This document shows positions 37,376 through 49,900 of a DNA stretch of 64,000 nucleotides, one piece after another. The notes under the pieces were generated by a model. It was not told the DNA's origin, searched no databases, and saw only the letters and a program-made list of their open reading frames with translations. The stretch covers positions 15,004,001 to 15,068,000 of the forward strand of contig JBHGNT010000008.1 of assembly GCA_043228905.1 (NCBI GenBank). Direction: 5' to 3'. Source of the DNA: Azolla caroliniana. Lineage: Eukaryota > Plantae > Polypodiophyta. Within the stretch, counting starts at the first letter, position 1, and every line of letters begins with the position of its first letter. The position numbers and the translations under genes were made by a program.

Positions 37376-38059
37376 GTCCTCGCATCCCGAATGTAGCTCA
37401 GAAGCTGATCACTCACACATGATGTGAAACAGTAGAGAACTCTGCTTCCCGCCTGTTCCTAGGCCGGGAAATCCGTGTTTGTCGATTTGGGTGTTGCATC
37501 ATTAGCTCCATCGACATAACTCCAGTAGCCATGCCCGAGCAAGTACTAGTGTATTTTGTATAACCAAGATGCGTAGTTTCTTCTGTCGAGCTTCTCTGTC
37601 GGAAGCGAGCTAGCCATTCCTCTGTCCATTCTTTCCTTCTTCTGTTCTTCACCGGGATTAGGGTTTGTTTGTTTGTCGGTAGCAGAGGATCTCAACCTTC
37701 TCGCTCTGATACCATGAAAAAGAATATGTGTGGAAGCTTAACAGACACAACCAGGTAAAAACAGACAAAAGACAAAGAAGGTTTAATTGAAAGCTTAACC
37801 AACACAACGTACACACGAGAGATACAAAGAGCAGAACACAGAAAAATCTATTCAAAAACAATACTCTAAAACTCTGTGCATAGGATGTGCCCAGAGAGAA
37901 CTTTTATACAGGTCCATACGAACTGACAAAAGTACTGAGATGTACTTCAATGCTCATCAATGAGCCCCTACACTAACTCGCAAAAATATATTCCTTTGCG
38001 GAATATGTATCCAATGGCCTCTCGGTTTACGCACCCAATCTTGACCTTGTATCTCAACA
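37376..38059 (-). mobile_element. copia A-family copy 2: 5' LTR (37715-38059), PBS (37703-37714) and gag start, truncated by G2
   Basis: gctctgatacca next to a TG..CA LTR. The gag start is homologous to ~4975-5230. Confidence 0.85.
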
Positions 38060-38278
38060 ATAGAGCTCGAGGTCGTTGCCTTGGACTCTCTCTTTGTATC
38101 CTCTTCTTATAGTGATAGTTGGAGTCTGTGGGCTCCCACGGTTTTTCCCTATTGGGGATTTCCACGTAAACATCTGATGTCATCTCATACTATGTAAATG
38201 CATTAATCTCATTTCTATTTCCTGCTTTCTTCCATTGATTGTTTAAGACTCGGTTGTGGCCGATCGCTATTCCACACA
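38060..38278 (+). repeat. 3' part of a diverged copia B-like LTR
   Basis: tatagtgatagttggag..ggtttttccc..ttccacgtaaaacatc..ctcggttgtggccga matches ~30450-30605. Confidence 0.75.
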
Positions 38279-38279
38279 A

Positions 38280-38810
38280 ATACATGGAAATGGATATGCC
38301 AAACAAATCAATAACCTTATTCTCTATAGATCCCAAACAAGGAACCAAACCCTTGTCAACCATGTTGGAGGACTTTTGACAAATAGAATTTCCAATCTTA
38401 CTCACTATGACATTGGATGAAGGACCAATTCTAATACCACTATTTAGTAAGGCATCCTTAATTAAAAAACCTTTCATGGTTAGGCCAAAAAAATCAATAA
38501 CCTTATCCTCTATAGCTCCCAAACAAGGAACCAAACCCTTGTCAACCTTGCTAGAGGACTTTTGACAAATAGAATTTCCAATCTTACTCACTATGACATT
38601 GGACAAAGGACCAATTCTAATACCACTATTTAGTAAGGCATCCTATTTTAAAAGACCTGTCATGGTTACCGAAATAACGGGTCGAATATCCTTTCGTTCC
38701 TTCACTCGTACAACCCCCGCATAGTGCACTGCTTTGGTGCTTTGACATATGCTTGTTAGTCGTCCCCTTCCTTCCGTATCTTTGGAGAGAGTTGAAGAAA
38801 TTGCAGCCAA
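38280..38810 (-). pseudogene. Old gypsy-like protease-region relic with a 186-bp-period tandem duplication (host of G3)
   Basis: DALLNSG protease-like motif. 38305-38458 is repeated at 38491-38644. The sequence continues at 54483. Confidence 0.6.
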
Positions 38811-39181
38811 TTGTATGTATGGCTGGACTAGCCGCAACACAGGTGTCTATCCGACACTTCTCCAAAGGGGTGGTAGGGATAGGATGTTAATACACGCGTA
38901 TGATAATTACACTTAAGCACAGACGAAGACAAGATCAATAAGCATAAGCAAAACTATATTAATTCTTCGTCACTTCATTACAAAACATCGGATCCTTTTA
39001 TAGGCATCCGGCCAGATTACAATCGGTGCTCGATAGGCAACCGTTAACCGAAACCGAATCGGTTCGGATCCGGATCGGTTACAACTACCGGATCCATCCC
39101 TCCTAATAATTCTATTCCTATTTCTATATTTATCCGATCCGACCTTGCTTTCCCATTTGCCTTCTCTGACCGGCCAACACA

Positions 39182-39221
39182 TGGCACGCCCGTGGGAAAG
39201 TGCATTGCACTTCGAACCCAC
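39182..39221 (-). promoter_or_regulatory. tRNA-3'-end-like motif (inverted second PBS) at the PPT position of G3
   Basis: Minus strand reads GTGGGTTCGA-AGTGCAATGCACT-TTCCCACGGGCGTGCCA-TG-LTR. Confidence 0.78.
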
Positions 39222-39229
39222 AGCCGGCT

Positions 39230-42139
39230 TCAGTCTTCCTCCAAATTATCCAGCAAACTCCGCTCAGAGGTTTCAAGTGTTGTCTTGCCTGTGCCGTCTC
39301 CGACTTCCGATTGGATTGGCTGCCTTTTCGCATCTTGCTGCTCCGACTCTGCTTGTACCGGTGGTACCGGTGTTTCTTCTGTATCCTGTCCGGGTCTGTC
39401 CTGCTCTACCTCCGTTCCGTTCCCGGTATCACTCTCTCCGGTTTCCACTAGTTGTGTCCTTTCCTCCCCGGATTCGGTACTTCTCTGTCTCCACTCTGCA
39501 TCATCCCCGGCATCAACCTGTTCTTGCTCCGGAAGTTCTTCCTCGGGTAATTCTTGTCGGGGTGCGTTGTCGGTTGGGTCCTCTTCAGCCGGTCGCTCGC
39601 CCTCACTGATGGAGATCGGCGTTGTGTGTCCCTCGGCTTCCTGTCGCAGTCGGTCCTTCTCGTACCCTTCCAATTCTAGTTGGGTTTCGAGCTGTCCGTC
39701 ATCCAACCTCTCTACTAACCCTCGGATTTCCTTGAGATGCTCTTCTGCTAGAGCATAGAAATCCTCCGACAGTTCTTCCCGGATGTTGACAATACTTTCT
39801 TTGTCCATTTTATAGAACCCATCTCCGGTTTTCTTCCGATTTTCTGCATCAGCTCGGAGTATCTGCAGTTCAGCTGCCTGTTGTGCCCATTCCCTCCAGA
39901 GCTTCTCCGTGCTTTCATTTATGCTGGCCTGAGCTCGGGTACTCCAACTTGACATGATGAACTTAATTCGGCCAACCCCTGCTTTAGCCTGTTCCGAAGC
40001 TGCTTGTTTTTCCTTCCTTATCCGTTTGATGATGTCGGCCATTAACTGAGCTTGAGCTTCAGAGTCGACTTTTTGCTTGTCACAGGTACTCCGCCATTTG
40101 TTGATTTCGAAAGTCGACTTCACTTTTTCCTCGTTCCTGCTCTTTGTCAGCTCCCCTACTTTCTGCCGAAGTACTTCCATCTCCTTTCTTTGTTCCGACG
40201 TCAAGGTCTTCTCCGCCGATACTCCCTCCCTTGCTTTGGACAATTCCAAGCGGTTTTCCTTGAGCTGCTCTTTCAGCTTCTCTATCTGTCGGTCGTACGT
40301 TGCTGCCTGATTCTTGATGTCCGACGTGGCCTATTTATAATCCTTACATAGTCGGTCGAATTCCTCCGTCTTCTGTTTTAGGCGTCGGTTCGCCTGATCT
40401 CGCAACCGATCATCCCGGTCCTTTTGTTGTCGGAGTTCCTCTCGCAACCGCTCGATTTCCTGCTCCATTCGTCGGCGCAGCCTATCTTTTTCCTTTTGCA
40501 GCTTCCCGTTTTCTTCTTGTAGTCGGTCATTGGTGGCTTTGCTTCGGCGAAGGCCTTCCTCCATTCGCCGTCTGTCGTCTTCTACCAACTTCCGCTGCTC
40601 CCTTTCGTTATCTCTCAATGCCTCCTGAGCCTGTAATTCTTCTTTCAAAGTTGCTATTAACTTCTCGGTCTCAGGGCCGGTTTGCAAGGCCTTCTCCGTT
40701 TCTGGTTCGGCTTGCTTTTCTGATGTCCCGACCGGCTCGGTGCCATCTTGCGCTTGTCGGCTGCCTTCTTTTGCCTGTGCTAGCTCTTCTTGCAGCTCAT
40801 GTAATTGTGCCCGGAGCATGACCATATCCTTAGTCGTCGTCCTAGTCACTTGTTCCCTTTGCTCCTCCTCTTTCTCCATCTGGTTTGCCACTCCCGACAA
40901 CTGCCCTGACAACCACCTTAGCCATTGTGCCTTTGTTCTGCCTTCGTCGGTGTGAGCAGGCGTACCTAGCTCCGGCTGTTTTTCCGGCTGTTTCTCCGGC
41001 CTCTTCTCTTGCTCCGGCGCTTGTTCCTTTCTTTGTTCTTCGAACTCCGCCGCCGTCGGTTCCGGTACTGCCGTCTTTGGTGCAGACGGACCTTCATCCT
41101 GTGTCGCTTCTGTTCCGGTTACTGGTTCTTCCGCCCGTTGCTGAGTTCCGTCCGCTGTTGGGGTCGGTCTTGTCGCCCGTTTCTCCTTTCCTTGCCTGGG
41201 TGGTAGTATTAACATCGGTTCGGATGAGTCTTCCTCTGTTTCAGCGTCCTCCGTCGTTGCGACTATCGGTTCCTTTACTGGTACCGGTTCCGATTCGAGC
41301 GTTACTGGTTCGGTGTCGGTTTGCCTCTTGCTTGTCTTCTTCGCCAGCTTCTCCTTGCCTTTTTCCGCCTCTTTCTTCTTCGTGGCCGTTTGCTGTTGCT
41401 ATTTCTTTGGCTGCCGTGATGGGCCTTCCTCCCGTTGCTGTCGGGAGGAGTCTTCTTCTCGCGGTTGTCGAGATGATCCTTCTTCCCGCGGTTGTCGGGA
41501 TGGTCCTTCGTCCCGTGGCGCTTCTTCTTCCTGTGTCCATCCTGGAGTGTGTTTCTCTAGGATTCGTCGGCGCTTCATGGTTGGCTTCGGCGTAGTCTCC
41601 TGCCGACTTCTTTTCTTGTGCTTGATGGGGGACGTCGGTGGGACCAACACGGTTAACCATTGGGATATTCCGGCCCATGGCTTCTTCCCTTCCACCAAGT
41701 GCTTGATCGCCTCTTTCAGTCCTTCGGTAATGAAGTGGAGCCAGTCCACCTGCAGGCCTTCGTATGTCGCAATGACGATCGCTGCTCGGTATTTGGCTAT
41801 GGCTGGCGGACGAGGGTTCACGAACCCATACTCCATTAGGGCGCGGGCCACCTCTCCGAACAGCAGGTTCTCTCCTCCCTGTGTGCGATACGCCTTGCTG
41901 CTGAGGGAATATTCGCCGAAATACTCGAAGAATATTTGGCTCGAGGGTAGCTCTATTGTCTGAAGTCCGCCCTCCGCAATCCCGGTGAGCGCTTGTACCG
42001 CTCCTTCGGTGACTTCTGCCAGGTCCACTGCTGTTGCCGCCTGCTCTGGTTCCTTGTGTGGCGGAGCGTCGGCGACCCGCAATAGCCCTCCTAATCCGTT
42101 CTCCATCAGCCATTGGCGCGCTCCTTCCGACAGTGCCAT
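39230..42139 (-). pseudogene. G3 ORF3, ~969 codons in one frame with two TAG stops (41399, 40331)
   Basis: Track ORFs 41399-42397, 40331-41215 and 39230-40249 share one frame. Likely start MALSEGARQW at 42139. N-domain, basic KHKKRSR, low-complexity linker, E/K/R/Q-rich coiled coil. Confidence 0.88.
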
Positions 42140-42272
42140 CGCTTCTTCTTCCTCTGCTGCTGCCTGTGGTCTGAGGTCGGGGTGTGGGTGTTCTGCGCGT
42201 CGGATCTCGCTGTCTTGAGCCTGCGTTTGCTTGTGGGAAAATTCGTAAAAAGTGAACCCTTCTCCGGTTCTT

Positions 42273-42284
42273 CCTTTATATAGT
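42273..42284 (-). promoter_or_regulatory. Putative internal TATA box for ORF3
   Basis: CACTATATAAAG on the minus strand ~135 nt upstream of the ORF3 ATG, in the pol-ORF3 spacer. Confidence 0.45.
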
Positions 42285-42388
42285 GGCGTTTCCCTCGAGC
42301 CGCCTTTTCCTGTTTTTCGCGCGTGCGTATCTTCTGCCATAATTAGCATGTCACTCTTTAATTTTGGCGTCTGCACGTCCTCTGCCTC

Positions 42389-42486
42389 GAATAGCATGTC
42401 CTATTTTTGGCGCCTGCGCATGCTCTGTCATGAATAGCATGTCCTATTTTTGGCGCCTGCGCATGCTCTGTCATGAATAGCATGTC
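42389..42486. repeat. 43-bp tandem duplication in the G3 pol-ORF3 spacer
   Basis: gaatagcatgtcctatttttggcgcctgcgcatgctctgtcat twice, plus a partial copy. Confidence 0.9.
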
Positions 42487-42761
42487 TGTCCTTTGCTGCC
42501 GCGTGTCATGCTTGCGCTTCTCTGCCGCGTGTGTCGAATCTCCTACGTGTCTGTCATTATGACTCCTTGATTGCTGCGCGTGTTAAATCTTGTACATCGG
42601 CCCCCCACGTTCTGTGCTTTAAATAGCTCGTGCACCCGTGTGACGGTTGTAACTACTTCCTTCATCATTACCTTGATCTCTTCTTGTCTTGAATTTCTAA
42701 CCGTAGCACCACGTCATCATTTTTTTTTTTTTTTTTTTTTTTTCTTTCACCATGTGCCGCA

Positions 42762-45700
42762 TCATTGTTCGGTTCCCCCCGATGTGTTCGGGTCGGTGCG
42801 TACTGTTGTCGGTTCCTCGTTGTTCCGCCTCGGTGTCGGCTCCTCGGTCCTCCAGATCTGTGTCGATTCCTCGTTGTTCCGCCTCGGTGTCGGCTCCTCG
42901 GTCCTCCGGATCTGTGTCGGTTCCTCGCCATTCAGGATGTCCGGGTCTTGCTTGAAGGGGTTAGCTGGCATGTGCCCCTTATACGGTTTTAGGCGAAACC
43001 CATTTGCCCATTTGCCCACAACTTCTCCTGACAACGTCCCGAGCTGGTAAGACCCATTGTACTCCTTTGTGATCCAGAATGGTCCGGTCCATCGAAATCG
43101 CAATTTCCCCGGCATGCTCCCCATCCGTGTCTGGAACAGCAATACTGGTTTCCCGACTTCGAATTCCTTTTCGTTACCGCGCCGGTGTCGGTCTACAAAG
43201 GCTTTCCTCCTCCTTTGCTCTAGTTCTAGCTGTAGCAGGCTGGCTATTCGATTTTCTTCCAGTTCCAACAGCATCGCCAGCCGGATTCGTTCGGATTCCT
43301 TCTCGCTTAACCGCTCCTTAACCTGTATTCTTAAGCTAGGAATTTGGAATTCTACTGGCATGACTGCTTCCAAGCCGAATGCCAGTCGGAACGGGGTCGT
43401 CCGGATGCTAGTCTTGTACGCCGTTCGGTACGCCCACAGCACGCTCTGCAACTTCGTGTCCCAGTCGGTCCGGTTCTCATTGACGATTTTTCTAAGGATG
43501 TTCTGTAGCGTTTTATTCGTTGATTCCGCTAATCCGTTGGCTTGAGGGTAGTAGGGAGGGCTTCGTTTGTGTACTACCGCATAGAATGATGTCAAACTTT
43601 CCACCACCTGCCCGAGGAAATGACCTCCCTGGTCACTGATCAGCTCAATCGGGCATCCGTACCGACACCATATGCATTCGTATAAAACTTTGGCCGTGGA
43701 CGCCGCCGTGTTGTCCCGTAATGCCTTTGCTTCTACCCATTTCGTGCAGTAGTCGGTAGCCACTATTATATACCGATTTCCGGTTCGCATTGCCGGTGGC
43801 TTGAATGGACCGACAAAGTCCAAGCCCCACTTTTGGAATGGTTCTAATGGCAAGACCGGGTGATGTGGCATCCGGGCCTGCTCCGTGGGTTGGCCCAGTC
43901 GTTGACACAGGTCGCATTCCCTGCTATACTTAACGGCATCTCTCATGGTAGTCGGCCACCATAGTCCGCTCTGCCATATCTTCCGGGCTGTTGTTTCGCC
44001 GGCATAATGCCCGCCTGCAATTCCACAGTGGGCTTCCCTCAGGATCAGATCCTTTTCATCGCTCCGCACTGCTCGCCTCCATACGCCATCTGCTCCCTTG
44101 TGATAGAGGGTGTCTCCTACCAAGCAGAAATGTCTGCTCCGTACTGCCATCCTTTTCCGTTCGTCTCGGTCCAGGTTTTCTGGGGGAACTCCGGTGCTCA
44201 GGAACTGATGCATTTCGGTTAACCATTTGTCTTCGTCCACTACTGTGGCCTCCGTTGCCGGTGCCGTCGTGACCCTAAACAGCTCGGCGTCGGGAAATTC
44301 GTCCTGTACGCCGTCCCCTGATTCTCCGGATTCTAGTCTGCTCAGGTAGTCTGCTACCGCATGCTGCACCCCGGGTCGGTGGAAAATGTCGAATTCGAAT
44401 TCCTGTAATAGCAACGTCCATCGTGCGAGTTTTCCTGTCAGGGCTGCCTTTGAGACCAGGTAGAGTAGTGCCGAGTGGTCAACGTGGAAGGAGAACTTTC
44501 GTCCGAGCAGATAGTGCCTGTACTTTGTGACACTGTACACCATTCCTAATGCCTCTCGTTCCGTTGTAGAGTAGTTCCGTTCGGCTTTCGAGAGTTTCCT
44601 GCTTGCGTAGTACACCGGCCGATACCATTTCGGTTCCGTGAGTTGCATCAAAACGCTGCCGATTGCTACGCCCGACGCGTCGACGAAGACGTGAAAGCTT
44701 TTACTCCAGTCCGGCGGCTGCACCACCGGAGCTTGTGACAGCATGACCTTCAACGCTTGGTAGGCTTTCTCCTCCGTTTCTGTCCATTGGAAAGGTACTC
44801 TATGTACGGCAGAGTGCAATGGTGTAGCAAAGTCGGCAGGGTGCCGTATCATCCGACTATGCCACCTTATTTGACCAAGGAATCGGCTTAAAGCCTTTGC
44901 GTTATTCGGTGCCGGTGCGTCGAGAATTGCTTTTACTTTATCCGGATCTACCGCGATTCCTTCCCGACTCACCACGTGCCCTAACAAGTTGCCGCTTGCG
45001 ACTCCAAAGACGCACTTAGCCGGGTTCAGACTTAATCGGTACTCGCGACACTTTTCTAAGCATAGTCGTAGGTGATCGAGATGCTCTCCGTGTCGGCTGT
45101 AGACGGCGAAATCGTCTAGGAAGACCTGCATAAAACCGGGAATAAAATCCCTGAAGATTTCCATAATTATCCTTTGAAATGTTGCAGGGGCTGTCTTTAA
45201 TCCGAACATCATCACGACCGCGACGAACACTCCCCATTCCGTCACGAACGCTGTTTTCTCTTGGTCGGCCGGGTTCATTCGGATTTGGTTGTAGCCGCTG
45301 AATCCATCCAGGAAGCTGTAAACTTCGTGGCCGGCCACCGCATCTAGCACTCCGTCCGTGAATGGTAGTGGAAAAGCGTCGGTCACTGTCGCGGCATTTA
45401 GTTTCCTGTAGTCCACACATACCCGGATTTTGCCGTTCTTTTTCGGGATCACCACTATCGGGCTCAGCCAGGTTGCCTGCTTGACTGGTCGGATAAATCC
45501 GACCCGGAGAAGCTTGTCAATTTCCTCCTTCACCTTTGCCGCATAGTTTGGATTCATCCGGTACCGGCGTTGAGCGATGGGTTTCGCGTCAGTACTTAGA
45601 TGAATTTGGTGCTGGTAGAGCTGGGGGTCCAGCCCTCGCATGTCTTCGTATGACCATGCGAACACGTCCTTGAAATCCGTTAACAGTGCTACCATTGCCT

Positions 45701-46915
45701 GTTTTTCCTCCTTCGGCAATTCCTTCGCGACTTTTACCGGTCGGAGTTGTTCGGTTGTGCCGAGGTCCACCTCTTCCAGCTGGGATGCTTTCACCCTTTG
45801 GGATATCGTCATTTCTCTTTCTAGGGCTTCCTGTGCTTGGCGTAGTTCCCGGATCGCCGCTTTGTCCGGCTCGTCCGGCATTGTGATGTACGGCTCTACT
45901 GCTGCCGTGATATCCACCTCAAAAAGTGGGACGATCTGTGGGTGTTCCTCGAGGTACCGATCAACTTCCTCATCCGGTAAGCCCTCCAACATGTTGATGC
46001 TTTCGGCATATAAAGGGGTTGCCTCCTTGCTAGTGAGCACCCGTGGTTGCGTGGCTACCCGTACCTTTGTTTTCCCTCGTCGGAACGTGATCATATTCTT
46101 TTGCCAGTTTTGCTTGATATGCGCCGTTCGCAGCCATGGTCGTCCTAACAGTAGGGGATATGCGCCTTGTACATTCAGCTCTAGTACCACGGCCGATATC
46201 CGGAATACGTGGCCTCCCATCGTTACTTCCAAGTCCCGGATAAGACCGGTTGGTCGGACTGAGCTTGTATCCGCCATGCGTAACCAGAAGGGGCATGGTT
46301 CCCACTCCTGGATGCCTAGGTCGTCGCATGTTTGTCGACTGATGACGTTCACCCCGGAGCCTCCGTCAATAATTGTTCCTGGAATCTCCTTTCCTTTGAC
46401 GATTGTCGTGATTGCTGGGCTACTGGTATCGACCACCGCTGGGCCTTCCTCCGGGTTGGAGAAAAATGCCGGTGCTGGCGTCGGCGTCGGTTTGCTCACG
46501 GTGGCTTGTAAGTCTGCTGTAAACCGCGGCACCAACTGCAGTAACCGTGCCAACGGCAGCACGATCTGACAATCTTGTAATGCTTGCCATGTCGGGTTTT
46601 CTCCTGGCTGTACGATTTCCTCATCCTTTGGCATATTCTGGTCTCTTACTTCCGCCGCACCTTGTTCGTTGGCTTCTTTGATCCATTGTGCCGCTTGTTT
46701 TCTGATTGCTTCCTGGGCTTCCCATTCGGCGGCCTTCCCCTTCGACCGCGTGGTAACCTGCTGTACTTCGGCTGTCACCATGTTGACTGCCGGCTGCTTG
46801 TCGGTTGTTTTGCTTGGGCATTGATTACTGTAATGCCCCTCTTTTCGGCAGTAATAACAGTACACCCTGTGCGTGTTGCTGGATTCTCCTTTTTCCCCTG
46901 TTTGGGGAAGGGGCA
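42762..46915 (-). CDS. G3 pol part (CCHC knuckle-protease-RT-RNaseH-integrase), open for ~1384 codons
   Basis: YCYYCRKEGHYSNQC, IIDGGSG, FLDDF, VDASG..YSTTEREAL, HCGIAGGHY..CDLCQ, DFVGP..SDQG..AESTN. No chromodomain and no second RNaseH seen. 9-aa EEPT repeats at the C-terminus. Confidence 0.96.
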
Positions 46916-49900
46916 TGTCGAATACAAGTGTATAATGGACGTATTCAAACTATCCCTTTGTATAGCTCAAGTTTGGGTCATTTGTGTAATTAGCATAAAG
47001 GGTAGTTGCCCTAAGTCGGTCACTATATAAAGTGACCTAGTAACCTGGTTGTATGGTTGGTTGTATTATTGTTTTCTATTGAATAGAAAGTCTTTTGTGC
47101 CTCTCTCTCTCTCTCTCTCTCTCTCTTTCCATCTCTATGCACGACCTTGAAACTGTCATACGCAGGTACTCAACCCTAATCGAATGCTATTTGATCTTCC
47201 GCATTGACGACCTCTGTCTACAACATCTGGTATCAGAGCCTGCACAGTATTCGGTCCTTCATCCCGCTGTCGGCCGTCGTCTCAGCCTGCACAGCATTCG
47301 GTTTCTTGCGTCATTCAAAGAAGAGAGAAGAAGAAGAAAAACGAGGCTTGCATCTCATCGCGTTAGATCATCTTTGCTTGGAGTAAGCCAGCAGGTTGTA
47401 CTCTGTTCCTTGTGATCGTAACCGCTCGAGGTGAAATCCCCTTGTGCAACATTGACACGATCGTGCTCCACTCGGTTAAACGGCATTCACAGAGGTCATC
47501 AAACGCTGCTCGCCGCTCATTGTAACCACTCGGTGCAGATCGGTCTCAAGAAAACAACCCAAATTCGTGCTTCATCCGGCTGATCGACATTCGGGAGGAT
47601 CAGTTGGATCCGTCTCTCTCGTCGCTCCAGTCAACTGAAGCAGAATCGGTTCAGATAATCGGTTTCAATAATCGGTATTCGGCATATATATTCGGAAGCG
47701 AACCGGGCTCACTCCGACTCGGAAACATTCGGGAAGACCAGTCGGTTCTGTCCCTCAAGTTACCGGAGTCAATTCGAGCAAGTTCAACAATACATATATC
47801 CGAAGCCGAACCGACTCGGGTCCAAATCCGACTAGAACGATATCGGGTGAGCCAACCGGCTGCACTCCAACAAGGTTCGTAGTCAACTCCGAACCGAGCT
47901 TCGTTAACCGAAACCAAATTTGATGGCATCAACATCCGGCTCGTCAGAAATGAGTCTACGAAAGTTCGATGGTTCGAACTTCAACTTCTGGAAGGAGCAA
48001 ATGCAGGACTATCTCATAGTCAAGGGGCAAATCGATCCCATCGAAAATGAAGAACCTCCAGAAGGATACAAACCAATTGAGTGGCAGAAGCTGGACAGAA
48101 TCGTTCGCGCCACGATTCGGATGCACCTATCGGAATCGGTATACTTTACGGTGCAATCGTGTACGACAGCATTCGAACTGTGGAAAACACTGTCGGACAC
48201 CTACGAAAAGAAGGTCGCTGCAACGAAGATGTTTCTTATTCGGCGCCTCTACAACTTGCGGATGAAAGAATCCGATTCGGTTCAAGCACATCTAAATGAG
48301 TACGAAAGCATAAGCTCCCAAATCTCATCTCAGGGGACGGCAATCGAGGATGAACTCAGAGCAATGATACTCATGAGCAGCCTTCCCTCGTCATGGGAAA
48401 CTTTCGTCACAACCGTGTGCAACGCGTCAACCACGGCTGTTAAATACTCCGAAGTCACGAGTGCAATCCTGACCGAAGCAGCTCGGAGAAAGTCTTTCGC
48501 CAAAGACTCAACAGACGACGCTTACGTAGTACAAGGTTCGACAGACCGATCGAACATACGAGGAAGAGATTCCTCACGGCAGCCGAACAATCAGCGAAGA
48601 CGGAGCCAGTCACGGGATAATCGAATCTGCAACTATTGCAAGAAACCCGGACACATCAAAGCCGACTGCCGCGCACTCAAGAACAAGAACGACAAGTCTC
48701 AGAAATCAGACAAGAAGAGTGGCCGGCATGAGGAGATCAATTACGTCAGCTTCTCAGCTGATGTGCTACCAAACGACCCGAATATACTATCAATCGAAAA
48801 TCCAGTCGGATCAGAAGTTCTGCTCACGACTGAAGAATCGAGCACATGGCTCTTAGATTCGGGCGCGTCATTTCACGTGACTCCTCATCGATCCCAATTT
48901 CGGCAATATACGATCCGTCACTCCGACTCAATTCGAGTCGGCAACTCGCAACACTGTGACATCATTGGAATCGGCACAGTAGAGCTCAACCTTGCAGGTG
49001 GCTCTACACTTGTACTTCACAATGTCCGACATGTACCCGAGCTCTCAAGGCCATTGATCTCAGTCGGACAACTAGATGAAGACGGCATTCGTGCCGGTTT
49101 TTCTTCGGGAGGGTGGACACTCCACAGGGGGAACCTCCTGCTTGCTAGAGGACCCAAGATACACTCACTGTATCCGTTACATGTTACGCTCAGGGAGGGT
49201 AACCTGTTTTTGGTGGATATTCCTGTGTCATCACTATGGCACAGAAGATTAGGACACCTCAGCAAGGCCGGCATTACGCACCTATCTAGAGCCGGATACA
49301 TCCCTAAACTCTCCTTCTCGGACCATCAATTCTTGGAACATTGCCAGTATGGCAAACAAGCAGCCGCATCACACCCGACATCAGCACCAAGAAAAACGAG
49401 ACCCCTCGATTTAGTCCACTCGGACGTCTGTGGCCCAATGCCGCATCAGTCTCTTGGCGGTGCCTCTTACTTCGTCAGTTTTATTGACGATTCGACTCGA
49501 AAGGTGTGGGCTTATCCAATCCGCACCAAAGATCGTGTCTTCTCGATCTTCTCCGATTGGCTCGCTATGGTAGAAAATCAAACTGACCGAAAACTGAAAT
49601 GCTTTCGGACCGACAATGGGGGAGAGTTCAAATCAGAAGAATTCGTCAAATTCTGCCGACAACGCGGCATCCGACGTGAATTTACGGCACCACACAGTCC
49701 GGAGCAAAACGGGATTGCAGAACGCATGAATCGGACAATCCAAGAACGGATAGTTTCCATGCTCCAACACTCCAGACTGTCGGATGGCTTCTGGGCAGAG
49801 GCTCTACTCACGGCAGTACACATAATCAATATGTCGCCAAGTAGACCTCTAGGACTTCAAATTCCTCAGGAACTATGGATCGGCAGTAAGCCGAATTACG

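Noticed and set aside
39182-39221. tRNA gene, or evidence that G is oriented the other way
   Set aside because: Only the T-arm and 3' acceptor strand are present. gag-pol, the TATA box and a normal PBS all define the opposite orientation.
39230-41215. Captured host myosin/SMC gene or env gene
   Set aside because: The coiled coil is part of ORF3, present at the same position in all G copies, with no introns, signal peptide or transmembrane helix.
45640-46569. Long antisense ORFs (also 56921-57940, 53192-54034, 2930-3721)
   Set aside because: Shadow frames of retroelement coding strands with no recognisable motifs.
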